Part shown: positions 47,123-55,780 of the stretch, piece after piece
Position numbering within the stretch: the stretch's first letter is position 1
Layout of the letters: each line of letters starts with the position of its first letter
NCBI GenBank assembly: GCA_930980855.1
Contig: CAKNIZ010000003.1
Coordinates: 32,338 to 96,337, forward strand
DNA from: an uncultured Clostridium sp.
GTDB lineage: Bacteria > Bacillota > Clostridia > TANB77 > CAG-508
Direction: 5' to 3'
Length of the DNA stretch: 64,000 nucleotides
The notes under the pieces: generated by a model
What the model was told of the DNA's origin: nothing
Seen by the model: the letters and a program-made list of their open reading frames with translations, nothing else
The model's database searches: none
Program-made: the position numbers and the translations under genes

Positions 47123-48082
47123 ATGGCTTACTACTCACCAGAGATTATACAAAAAGTAAAGCAAATGGACTTACTAACTTATTTAAAAAATTATGAGCCA
47201 GAAGAATTAGTACAGTTCAATAGAAATACTTTTATGACCAAGACTCACGACAGTTTAAAGATTTCCAATGGTATGTGGTATTGGTTTTCAAGAGGAATTG
47301 GAGGTAAAAGTGCGTTAGAATATTTAATAAAAGTAAAAGAATATTCTTTTTTAGAAGCAGTAGAAACTATTATTGGTAAAGTTGCAGTTGTACCCCCAAA
47401 AGAATATAAAAGTTACTCTGCAAAAAAGGAAAATAGATTATATTTACCAAAGAAAGCACCTAATAATAACAAAGCCAAAGCATATTTAATTAGTCGAGGA
47501 ATTGATGAAAATATCATACAAGAATGTATAGATAATGATCTGATTTATCAAGATTATCCTAACAACAATGTTGTATTTGTTGGATATGATAACAATAAAA
47601 ATGCAAGGTATGCAATGTGTAGAGGAACAAATGAAAGTAGATATATGAAAGAAGCAACAGGAAGTCATAAGGCTTTTTCTTTTAGATTAGAAGCATTAGA
47701 GAAAACAGATAGAATACACTTGTTTGAAAGTGCTATTGACTTACTTTCTTATGCTACTTTAATGAAAATATATAATCGAGAATGGTACAATGAAACACTT
47801 ATATCATTAGGAGGAGTTTATCAACCTGCCAAAGAAATAAAAGATAGTTCATTACCGATTTCTTTAAAATATTATTTGAATAATCACCCGGAAATTAAAA
47901 AGATTATTCTTCATTTAGATAATGACAATGCAGGTAGAAACTCAACATTGGCAATTCAAACATTGTTAAAAGATAAGTATGAAATCATTGATGATCCACC
48001 AAAAGTAGGAAAGGATGTCAATGATTTTTTATGCAAAAAATTAGGAATAAATCCAAAGAAAAATAGAGAAAGGGAAAGGTAA
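47123..48082 (+). CDS. Toprim-domain (DUF3991-type, primase-like) protein
   Basis: ..LLTYLKNYEPEELV..SLKISNGMWYWFSRGIGGKSALEYL.. and the Toprim acidic motifs LFESAIDLLS and LHLDNDNAGR. Confidence 0.75.
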   Translation: MAYYSPEIIQKVKQMDLLTYLKNYEPEELVQFNRNTFMTKTHDSLKISNGMWYWFSRGIGGKSALEYLIKVKEYSFLEAVETIIGKVAVVPPKEYKSYSAKKENRLYLPKKAPNNNKAKAYLISRGIDENIIQECIDNDLIYQDYPNNNVVFVGYDNNKNARYAMCRGTNESRYMKEATGSHKAFSFRLEALEKTDRIHLFESAIDLLSYATLMKIYNREWYNETLISLGGVYQPAKEIKDSSLPISLKYYLNNHPEIKKIILHLDNDNAGRNSTLAIQTLLKDKYEIIDDPPKVGKDVNDFLCKKLGINPKKNRERER

Positions 48083-48086
48083 AATT

Positions 48087-48629
48087 ATGAGATTTGATTA
48101 TTATGAATTAGCAAAAATTTTAAAAGAAAGAAGATTAGAATTAGGACTTACAATAAGAAATGTAGAAGATTTAACAGGTATAAATCATAGCGAAGTATCA
48201 CGAATTGAAAACGGTTTGAAACCTAAAATTGATATTATTGCATTGATTAAAATATGTGAAGTTTTAGATTTAGATTTTGAAAAATTACTGAAGGTAACTA
48301 ATTATTTAGTTGACGAAGATTATAGAAAGAGAGGAATGGAAATTATGAAAAAGTTTAAAGTTTTATTACAAAAATCAAAACAAATTGAATTAGAAGTTGG
48401 TGCAGAAAGCGAAGAAAAAGTAGCCGAAGTTGTGAATGATATTTTAGATAAAATTGATTTATTTGAACTAGATGGAATGGAAATATCAAACGAATTTACT
48501 GAAATGGAAATCGAAGAAATAGATGATAATGAAGAAGAAAAGGAAGAAGAATTAGAAGAAAATGTAGATGAAAAATGTTGTAAGAGTTGCCCATATTTTT
48601 GTTCAGAATGTGGAAGATGTTTACTTTAA
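48087..48629 (+). CDS. XRE-family HTH protein fused to a DpnD/PcfM-like module, an acidic linker and a Cys-rich tail
   Basis: The HTH is LGLTIRNVEDLTGINHSEVSRIENG. The middle KKFKVLLQKSKQIELEVGAESEEKVAEVVNDIL resembles the two small DpnD/PcfM-like ORFs. The C-terminus is CCKSCPYFCSECGRC. Confidence 0.7.
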   Translation: MRFDYYELAKILKERRLELGLTIRNVEDLTGINHSEVSRIENGLKPKIDIIALIKICEVLDLDFEKLLKVTNYLVDEDYRKRGMEIMKKFKVLLQKSKQIELEVGAESEEKVAEVVNDILDKIDLFELDGMEISNEFTEMEIEEIDDNEEEKEEELEENVDEKCCKSCPYFCSECGRCLL

Positions 48630-48670
48630 GAACAGGCTATCTTTAAGAAAGGTATGTCCTAGCCAGCACT

Positions 48671-48714
48671 GAATATATACTCCCGTATATATTCGTATGT
48701 GGGGAAAGTCCCCA
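48671..48714 (+). promoter_or_regulatory. Candidate oriT inverted repeats
   Basis: A perfect 10-bp inverted repeat GAATATATAC-TCCC-GTATATATTC (48671-48694) is followed by TGGGGA-AAG-TCCCCA (48700-48714). Both lie in a locally GC-richer gap upstream of the mobC/relaxase module. Confidence 0.3.
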
Positions 48715-48733
48715 AACCCCTTATGAGAATATC

Positions 48734-48768
48734 AGAGCCAATTATTTAAAAATATGTTGGCTCTTTTT
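48734..48768 (+). terminator. Rho-independent terminator
   Basis: AGAGCCAA..TTGGCTCT is followed by TTTTT. Confidence 0.7.
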
Positions 48769-48803
48769 CTTATTAAAAATTATGAGAGAAAGGAAAATGA
48801 AAT

Positions 48804-48959
48804 ATGAAAGAATTATTATTTTTTATAATGGGAATGATCATTGGAGGTTTATCAATGACAACTCTTATGTGTTGTTTACAGATTAACAGAATAAATGAAA
48901 TGGAAGCAAAATGTACAGAGTTAGAAAAAGCAAATACGGAGGTGCAAGATGAGAAATAG
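48804..48959 (+). CDS. Small TM protein (DUF3789-like) preceding mobC; not in the supplied ORF track
   Basis: The ATG at 48804 follows AAAGGAAAA, and the stop is TAG at 48957-48959. The 51-aa translation is MKELLFFIMGMIIGGLSMTTLMCCLQINRINEMEAKCTELEKANTEVQDEK. Its stop overlaps the mobC start region. Confidence 0.45.
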   Translation: MKELLFFIMGMIIGGLSMTTLMCCLQINRINEMEAKCTELEKANTEVQDEK

Positions 48960-49278
48960 AAATATAAAAAAACAAGTATGGCTTAATAGAGAAGAAGCAA
49001 CGCAATTAAAAAAGAAAGCAAAGAAAGTTGGACTTAATGAATCAGAGTTATTAAGAAACTTGATTATAGGTTTTGAGCCGAGAGAAAAACCGGGAGAAGA
49101 ATTTTATGACACAATGAAAGAGATGAGAGCAATAGGAAATAATCTTAATCAAATTGCAAGAAAAGCACACTCACTTAATTTCATTGATGAGCCACTATAT
49201 AGAAAAGAAGCAGAAAAGTGGAATCAGTTTATGCTTAAAGTAAAAAAGGAATATCTACTACCGAAAGAAAATAAATAA
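48949..49278 (+). CDS. mobC: Relaxosome accessory protein MobC
   Basis: The motifs ..LNESELLRNLI.. and GNNLNQIARKAH are typical of MobC (ribbon-helix-helix family). Confidence 0.85.
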   Translation: MRNRNIKKQVWLNREEATQLKKKAKKVGLNESELLRNLIIGFEPREKPGEEFYDTMKEMRAIGNNLNQIARKAHSLNFIDEPLYRKEAEKWNQFMLKVKKEYLLPKENK

Positions 49279-49411
49279 TTTTATACTATATTCTTCCATA
49301 ATATAGATAATTTTTAATTTTAATGATATAATTAGAGCAATATTAAATTAAGAGTTTTTTAGTAAAATAGTAAACGCTAACTACTAATATTTTGGAGGAA
49401 AAATTATATAA

Positions 49412-50368
49412 ATGAAAAGTAAGAAGAATAAAAACAAGAAATCAAAGTATATACTATTGTTTCTTTTGATTATAGTAATATGTGCAATATTTTTTGTGCA
49501 ATGGGCAATGAAACCCGAAAATTTTAGAGAAGTGAAAGATCAAATTAGAGGATTGTTTTTTGAAAGTAAGATAGAAGATTCTTATAATGCAAAATCTCTT
49601 ATTATGGTTGATCTTTCAAATGATGAAAACTTTATATCAAAAAAGGCAGAAGAAAAACAATTACCTGCAAGTTTAGCAAAATTATATGTTATTGAATATG
49701 CAACAACTTTAACAGATTTAGATGATATTGTTTTAGCAGATTATGAAGCACTCTCACTAACAAAGCAAGGCTCATCTGTTGCTAATATTAAAGAAACAAA
49801 TTATTATATTCATAATTTGTTTGCTGCAATGTTAGTGCCATCCGGAAATGACGCTGCATACGTTGTTGCAGATTACTGTGGTGGCATTATTTCTCCAAAT
49901 ACTAAAACAAGTCAAGAACGTGTAGAAGTGTTTATGGAGAGCTTAAATTTATATTTAAAAGAACAAGGATATGATGACACCGTATTATATGATCCTAGTG
50001 GTTTTGATACAGAAGCACGCACAACTGTATTAGATTTAAAAGAGGTTACAAAAAAATTATTGGAATATGAATGGTTTAGAGATATAGTATCGCAAACTTC
50101 TTATACGGCTACTTTACCAGATGGAAGTACGCAAACGTGGAAGAACACAAATACTTTTCTTGATCCTACATCAGAATATTATAATGAAAATGTAATCGGA
50201 GTTAAAACAGGATCATTATCTGATGATTACAATCTAGTAGTATTATATAAAATGCACGGAAAAGAATTCCTAATATGTAGTTTAGGATCACAGTCAGATT
50301 ATTCAAGATATGATGATGTCAATTATATTTTAAAAACAATAGATGAGTCAGATTACTTAAAAAAATAG
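49412..50368 (+). CDS. Membrane-anchored D-alanyl-D-alanine carboxypeptidase (peptidase S11, PBP5-like)
   Basis: An N-terminal TM anchor, SxxK as PASLAKL, SGN as PSGNDAAY, and KTG as VKTGSL. Confidence 0.85.
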   Translation: MKSKKNKNKKSKYILLFLLIIVICAIFFVQWAMKPENFREVKDQIRGLFFESKIEDSYNAKSLIMVDLSNDENFISKKAEEKQLPASLAKLYVIEYATTLTDLDDIVLADYEALSLTKQGSSVANIKETNYYIHNLFAAMLVPSGNDAAYVVADYCGGIISPNTKTSQERVEVFMESLNLYLKEQGYDDTVLYDPSGFDTEARTTVLDLKEVTKKLLEYEWFRDIVSQTSYTATLPDGSTQTWKNTNTFLDPTSEYYNENVIGVKTGSLSDDYNLVVLYKMHGKEFLICSLGSQSDYSRYDDVNYILKTIDESDYLKK

Positions 50369-50417
50369 TAAATATAATTTTGAGAAAAAACTACTTATTA
50401 AGTAAGGAGATTTTGAT

Positions 50418-51041
50418 ATGTTAAATTTTAGTCAAGAAACAATATATAGCATTTTATGTGCAGTATTACCTTGTGCTATTTATTATATAATTAGAAAAAT
50501 AAAAGGACAAAAAACATCAATTTTACCAATAATCATCTTTGTTCTTTATATTTGGCAAGTGTATGAATTGACTGGTGCAGGAGGACTTTCTGATATAATA
50601 TATGCTCCACAAGGTGGAGATAATCAGTCGATTATAAAGGCAACTATAAATCTTGTCCCTTTTAACATTATTGAAAGAACATTCTTTTTGAATATTTTAA
50701 TGCTTATTCCATTAGGATTTTTAGTGCCTTTTATTTGGAAAAACTATCGTAAATGTTATAAAACAGTATTATTGGGTGCAGGTTTTTCATTGTTAATAGA
50801 AATATCACAGCTGATTACAACTCGTGCAACAGATATAAATGATTTAATTGCTAATACAATAGGGGCTTTAATTGGATATATTCTTTGGAAAATATTTTCA
50901 TTATTATTTGGTGAAAGAATGAAAAAATCGGCAGATGGAAATAGTGATGTAATTTGGTATATACTATTGAGTTTCTTTGGTATGTTTTTCTTATATTATC
51001 CATTTTGGTTTTCAAGATATATAGCACCATTGATTTTTTAA
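50418..51041 (+). CDS. VanZ-family membrane protein
   Basis: A multi-TM protein with ..NILMLIPLGFLVPF.. and ..RATDINDLIANTIGALIGY.., typical of VanZ-like proteins. Confidence 0.85.
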   Translation: MLNFSQETIYSILCAVLPCAIYYIIRKIKGQKTSILPIIIFVLYIWQVYELTGAGGLSDIIYAPQGGDNQSIIKATINLVPFNIIERTFFLNILMLIPLGFLVPFIWKNYRKCYKTVLLGAGFSLLIEISQLITTRATDINDLIANTIGALIGYILWKIFSLLFGERMKKSADGNSDVIWYILLSFFGMFFLYYPFWFSRYIAPLIF

Positions 51042-51150
51042 CGTATCATTATACGGTATTTGTTGTAGTATAGATTATTTGCTGTTTTTATGATATAATT
51101 AGCACAACAAAGAAATCGTTAAATTAAAATTTGTGGAGGTGTATGTTTTT

Positions 51151-51321
51151 ATGAAAAAAAGAAAAATAATTCGAGGAATTATACTAACAGTTTTACTAAT
51201 ATGTACTGCTTATTTGATTTACTCTATTATAACAAATCCACTTGGTGAACACGACATTATGTTTGCTCTTGCAGTTACAGCAGGATTTATTGCGTTAGCA
51301 TACGATAAAGAAAAAGAGTAA
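51151..51321 (+). CDS. Small two-TM protein
   Basis: GGAGGTG precedes the ATG at 51151. The translation begins MKKRKIIRGIILTVLLICTAYLIYSII.. Confidence 0.4.
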   Translation: MKKRKIIRGIILTVLLICTAYLIYSIITNPLGEHDIMFALAVTAGFIALAYDKEKE

Positions 51322-51342
51322 TACAAATTACAATTTATCGAA

Positions 51343-51372
51343 AAGATTATCAAAACGAGATAGTCTTTTTTT
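51343..51372 (+). terminator. Rho-independent terminator
   Basis: AAGATTATC-AAAACGA-GATAGTCTT is followed by TTTTT. Confidence 0.55.
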
Positions 51373-51492
51373 GTTGCTTATTAAAAAAGTTTTAGGAAAA
51401 AATTTTAATTGCTTGACTTAAATTTTTTATTATTCTATCATTTAGTCAGAGGAAGATCTTACTCAAAAAATATGAGGAGGAATGATAAAAAA

Positions 51493-52500
51493 ATGTATCA
51501 CGCAAGATTTAAAAAGAGTCATTATGAAGCAGGCTACAAGTGGGGTAGTTTACTATATAAAAATGGAAGTATTATAAGTAGTCAACACACTTTTGTTATA
51601 ACAAAAGAAAGAAAAGAGTTTGCTAAACAATGCTTACCAATATATAAAAAATATTATCCAGAAATATTAGAGGAAATAAGAGGTATTGCTGATGGGCAAA
51701 AAAGTTCTTATGAAGATTTATATACTTTCTTAATTAGTATGTATTGTTTTGAATTTAATAATCATTGTACTTGCTTTGCATTTAAAGATGATCATAATAT
51801 AATTTTTGGAAGAAATAGTGACTTTTTGGTAGAATTAGAAAAATTATATATGAACTGTTTATACAAATTAGACGGTGGATATGCTTTTAATGGAAATACA
51901 ACAGCATTTGTTCAAATGGAAGATGGGGTAAATGAATATGGACTAGCAGTAGGACTTACTTTTGTTTATCCTAAAATAAGAAAAGCAGGATTAAATTCTG
52001 GTATGTTAGTACGTTATTTGCTAGAAAAATGCAAAACAACGGAAGAAGCAATAATAAAACTAAAAGAGTTACCTATTGCTTCAGCACAAACTTTAACAAT
52101 AATAGATAAAAAAGGAAAAATGGTAGTAGCAGAATGTAATCCTAAAAATATAGAAATAATTAGACCAAATGAAGACGGAAACTTTGTTGCTACGGCAAAT
52201 AATTTTAACTCATTAAAAATGAAAGAATATAGAAATATTGGAATTGATGACTGGAACTCTGATGAAAGATATAAAGTTGCCTATAATTCATTAAAGGAAA
52301 ATAAAAATGCTTTTTCATTTGAATTAGCAAAAAATATATTGTCTGGAGAGTTTGGATTTATGTGCCAATATGATCGAAAGACAGGTGCAGATACGGTATG
52401 GTCAGTAATATATGATTTAAAAAATAACAGAATATATAGAGTTGAAGGAAATCCATCACGAAAACAGTTTAAAGAAGATACAAGAATGAAGTTTAAATAA
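51493..52500 (+). CDS. C45-family (Ntn-type, acyl-CoA:6-APA acyltransferase / choloylglycine-hydrolase-like) peptidase/hydrolase
   Basis: It begins MYHARFKKSHYEAGYKWG.. The candidate N-terminal-nucleophile motif is NHCTCFAF, with ..GRNSDF.. The promoter is TTGACT (51413) - 17 nt - TATCAT (51436). The start is uncertain (51472 or 51493). Confidence 0.6.
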   Translation: MYHARFKKSHYEAGYKWGSLLYKNGSIISSQHTFVITKERKEFAKQCLPIYKKYYPEILEEIRGIADGQKSSYEDLYTFLISMYCFEFNNHCTCFAFKDDHNIIFGRNSDFLVELEKLYMNCLYKLDGGYAFNGNTTAFVQMEDGVNEYGLAVGLTFVYPKIRKAGLNSGMLVRYLLEKCKTTEEAIIKLKELPIASAQTLTIIDKKGKMVVAECNPKNIEIIRPNEDGNFVATANNFNSLKMKEYRNIGIDDWNSDERYKVAYNSLKENKNAFSFELAKNILSGEFGFMCQYDRKTGADTVWSVIYDLKNNRIYRVEGNPSRKQFKEDTRMKFK

Positions 52501-52557
52501 TAAATTGGGGCTTATCAGAAATGGTAGGCTCTTTTTTTATGCCCAAAATAGAAAGGA

Positions 52558-53922
52558 GTGAGGAAAATTGCTACAACAGGAATATGGAAAATAGAAAAAA
52601 GACTGGATCACGTTATAGATTATACAACTAATATAGAAAAAACTCTTAATAGTGAATATGGAAGAGAAACATATTATGACTTGCATAATGTAATTGACTA
52701 CGTTGAAGCAGATTTTAAAACAGAGAAACAATACTATGTTTCTGGTGTAAACTGTAATGTTGAAACTGCTTATGAGGAAATGATTATTACAAAACAACAA
52801 TACAATAAGACAAGTGGTATTTTAGGGTTTCACGCATTTCAAAGTTTTGCAGAGGGAGAAGTAACACCAGAACAAGCCCATTTAATTGGTTTAAAACTTG
52901 CCGAAGAAATGTGGGGAGATAGATTTGAAGTAATCGTTAGCACTCACTTAAATACAAAACATTATCATAATCATTTTGTTATCAATTCCGTTAGTTTTAA
53001 AGATGGCAAAAGATACTATGATAATAGAACAACTTATGCAAGATTAAGAGAGTTGTCAGATTCGCTTTGTCAAGAATATGGATTAAATGTTCTTGAAGAA
53101 AAGCCGTGTAGAAATAGTAAAATAAATTATGCTAATTACTACAAAGGATATGTAGAAAAGAACAATTACTATACTACGACAAAGGCAGATATTGATAGAG
53201 CCATTGCACAAGCATATTCATATAAAGACTTTGAAAATCTAATGAGAGCAATGGACTATGAACTCACTTATCGTGGGCAAAACATATTAAGTGTAAGACG
53301 TGATCCTTACAAAAAGAATATCAGAGTAGAAAGAAACTTTGGTAAAGATTATAGTATTCAAAGAATTAAGGAAAGAATAGAAACAGAACAAGAAAAGAGA
53401 ATACCATTTATAGAAGAATATGGTGTTAAGAAGAAAAGATATACTCCAAAGATAAAGCAAAAACACAAAGGACTATATGGACTGTTTCTTCATTATTGTT
53501 ATTTATTAAAGGTCTTTCCAGAAAAATATCCACGAAGAAAATTAAGTCCTGCTATTCGAGCAGACATAAAAGAAATGGATAATATATCAAAACAAACAGA
53601 ATTGCTTGTAAGTAATAAATTAGAAACTTACGAGCAATTTTTTGCATTTAAGACACAAAAAACGAAAGAATTAGATAATTTGTTAGATCAGAGGAGCAAA
53701 TTGTGGTACAAGCATAAAAAATCTAAAAATCCAAGTGAAAAGCAAATGATTAGAAATCAAATTGATGAGTTATCTATTTCTATAAAAGAATTACGAAAGG
53801 AGGTGGTTTTATGTGATGAAATAGAGGAAAGAAGTTCTAAAATAGAACAGAATGTAAAAGACTTTGAAGAAGAACAAAGAAAGGAGGAAATCAAGAATGA
53901 ACACATCAGGGGACGCTGCTGA
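52558..53922 (+). CDS. Relaxase/mobilisation nuclease (MobA/VirD2-type, PF03432-like)
   Basis: ..ATTGIWKIEKRLDHVIDYTTN.. is a typical relaxase N-terminus. The His triad is HLNTKHYHNHFVINS, and a long coiled C-terminus follows. The start is a non-ATG codon (GTG at 52558 or ATT at 52567). Confidence 0.85.
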   Translation: MRKIATTGIWKIEKRLDHVIDYTTNIEKTLNSEYGRETYYDLHNVIDYVEADFKTEKQYYVSGVNCNVETAYEEMIITKQQYNKTSGILGFHAFQSFAEGEVTPEQAHLIGLKLAEEMWGDRFEVIVSTHLNTKHYHNHFVINSVSFKDGKRYYDNRTTYARLRELSDSLCQEYGLNVLEEKPCRNSKINYANYYKGYVEKNNYYTTTKADIDRAIAQAYSYKDFENLMRAMDYELTYRGQNILSVRRDPYKKNIRVERNFGKDYSIQRIKERIETEQEKRIPFIEEYGVKKKRYTPKIKQKHKGLYGLFLHYCYLLKVFPEKYPRRKLSPAIRADIKEMDNISKQTELLVSNKLETYEQFFAFKTQKTKELDNLLDQRSKLWYKHKKSKNPSEKQMIRNQIDELSISIKELRKEVVLCDEIEERSSKIEQNVKDFEEEQRKEEIKNEHIRGRC

Positions 53923-54667
53923 AAGTGTTGTTAGAATGAGTTTGCAGGGTACAGAGGTAGCATTAAAACTTACAGGAAGTGCAGCAAAAAATATTGCAGC
54001 ACTTCTTTATGCTATTTATAAAGATAAAAAGCAAACAAAAGGAAAGACAACACTTACTAATATGTTGAAATCTGGTAAAGAATTGAAAGTCTTTACAGTT
54101 AAAAAAGATGATTTGAAAACTTTTCAACAACAAGCCAAACAGTATGGGGTTTTATATACTGCACTCATCAACAAAAACAATAAAAACTTTGACGGTATGG
54201 TTGATATTATGGTAAGGGCAGAGGACGCTTCCAAAATCAACAGAATAGTAAAAAGATTTGATTTAGGCACTTATGATGGAGCAACTATTAAAAGTGAAAT
54301 TGTCAAAGATAAAGCAGAGAAAAATGCCAAAGATATGGGTGTTCAAGAAAAGAGTGCAGAAGATAAACTTGTAGATGATATTTTATCAAAACCTGTTCAA
54401 AAAGAGGAGAATGAAGTGTCAAACCCCAATGTTGCGAAGATGGAAAAAAGCCCTCCGTCCGAGCATTCATCAGAGAACAAAAACAAATCAGAAATGGGTA
54501 CTAAATCTAAAAAGCCATCAGTTAGAGAGGAATTAAAGAATATAAAAGAAGAACAAAAAGCAAAATTAGATTTAGATAATTCTGATCGTAAAAAAGATAT
54601 ACCAAACAAGGTTGCAGAACATAAGCAACCTACACCAAAAAAGAAAAAATCAAAAGAAAGAGGGTAG
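53897..54667 (+). CDS. PcfB-family (DUF3801) conjugation protein
   Basis: MNTSGDAAESVVRMSLQGTEVALKLTGSAAKNIAALLYAI..ELKVFTVKKDDLKTFQQQAKQYGVLY fits the PcfB pattern. I chose the ATG at 53897, after AAGGAGG. Confidence 0.7.
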   Translation: MNTSGDAAESVVRMSLQGTEVALKLTGSAAKNIAALLYAIYKDKKQTKGKTTLTNMLKSGKELKVFTVKKDDLKTFQQQAKQYGVLYTALINKNNKNFDGMVDIMVRAEDASKINRIVKRFDLGTYDGATIKSEIVKDKAEKNAKDMGVQEKSAEDKLVDDILSKPVQKEENEVSNPNVAKMEKSPPSEHSSENKNKSEMGTKSKKPSVREELKNIKEEQKAKLDLDNSDRKKDIPNKVAEHKQPTPKKKKSKERG

Positions 54668-54673
54668 AGAAAT

Positions 54674-55561
54674 ATGGATTTTGACGAAATTCTAAATGGC
54701 TCTAATCAAGGGCAAAAAGATTATAATCCAAAGCCATTTGATAAAGAAGAATGGGCAAAAAGGAAAAATCAAGAGAGAAAAGAACTCTATGATTTAATTG
54801 ATAAAACTGCAGATGAAATCAAAGTTGATTCTGCAAAGTTTAAAGCATATTTAGACACACAAGCAACATTTGATAAATATTCTGTTGGAAATGCACTTTT
54901 AATTACTGCTCAAATGCCTACTGCAACACAGATAAAAGATTATGATGGTTGGCAAGAAGCAAAAGCATTTGTAAAGAAGAATCCTCAATGGATCAAAATA
55001 TTAGAGCCGGGAGATTCATACCAAAGAGCAGATGGAAGTATGGCAACATCATACAACCCAAAAAGAATGCTTGATATATCACAAACAAGTGCAAAGTCTA
55101 TAAATAGAACAAATAATTATGATGATAAAACAATGTTAAGGGCATTTTTACACCAAAGTCCAGTTGATATAAAGGCAGTAGATAACTTATCAGATGGAAA
55201 AGGTGCAGAATGGAATAAAGATGATAATGTTTTATATATTCGTAGAGGTTTAGACGCACCTGTTATCTTTAATGCTTTATCGGTGGAACTTGCAAGAGCA
55301 GGGTTGGAAGAAACCGGCAGTAAAGAACTAGATGACTTTAAATGTTATTGTACGTCTTATTTGGTATGTAAAAAACACGGTATTGATGTATCTTCATATA
55401 GATTTGATAATTTACCTGAAGCAATAAAACAAATGGACGCAAGCGAAGTAAGAAATGAATTAGGAACAATTAGAGGAACTATGGAAGATATAAATACAAG
55501 AATGGGGCAATATTTTGAAAGTATTGCTAAAACTCAAAAAAATAAAGAATATGAAAGATAG
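54674..55561 (+). CDS. ArdC-N-like (ssDNA-binding, antirestriction-type) protein
   Basis: FKAYLDTQATFDKYSVGNALLITAQMPTATQIKDYDGWQEAKAFVKKN resembles the ArdC N-terminal domain. No C-terminal metalloprotease HExxH motif is seen. Confidence 0.5.
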   Translation: MDFDEILNGSNQGQKDYNPKPFDKEEWAKRKNQERKELYDLIDKTADEIKVDSAKFKAYLDTQATFDKYSVGNALLITAQMPTATQIKDYDGWQEAKAFVKKNPQWIKILEPGDSYQRADGSMATSYNPKRMLDISQTSAKSINRTNNYDDKTMLRAFLHQSPVDIKAVDNLSDGKGAEWNKDDNVLYIRRGLDAPVIFNALSVELARAGLEETGSKELDDFKCYCTSYLVCKKHGIDVSSYRFDNLPEAIKQMDASEVRNELGTIRGTMEDINTRMGQYFESIAKTQKNKEYER

Positions 55562-55573
55562 GAGGAACAAAAG

Positions 55574-55780
55574 ATGAGAGAAACTGTAAAAGTATTGGAA
55601 TTAGATAAATACGAAATTGGCATAATTATCAATGCTCTTAATGAATTTAGAAATAGATTATTAAGAGAAAAAGAAGATACAGAGCCAGTTGATGAAGTAT
55701 TACTAAAAGCCATTGACGCTCCAGAAAAAAAAAGACCTTTTTCAAGGTGCTTAACGAAAGATGAAAGAGGATACTTCTAA
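55574..55780 (+). CDS. Small conserved ICE protein, paralog of 31166-31315
   Basis: 68 aa with ..NALNEFRNRLLREKEDTEPVDEVLLKAID.. It overlaps the T4CP start by 20 nt. Confidence 0.5.
   Translation: MRETVKVLELDKYEIGIIINALNEFRNRLLREKEDTEPVDEVLLKAIDAPEKKRPFSRCLTKDERGYF

Noticed and set aside
49412-51041. Calling the DD-carboxypeptidase and VanZ pair a vancomycin-resistance operon.
   Set aside because: There are no vanH/vanA(B)/vanX ligase-dehydrogenase-dipeptidase genes and no vanRS. The carboxypeptidase is serine-type S11, not the VanY metallo-type. Only a tolerance or cell-wall-remodelling hypothesis is justified.
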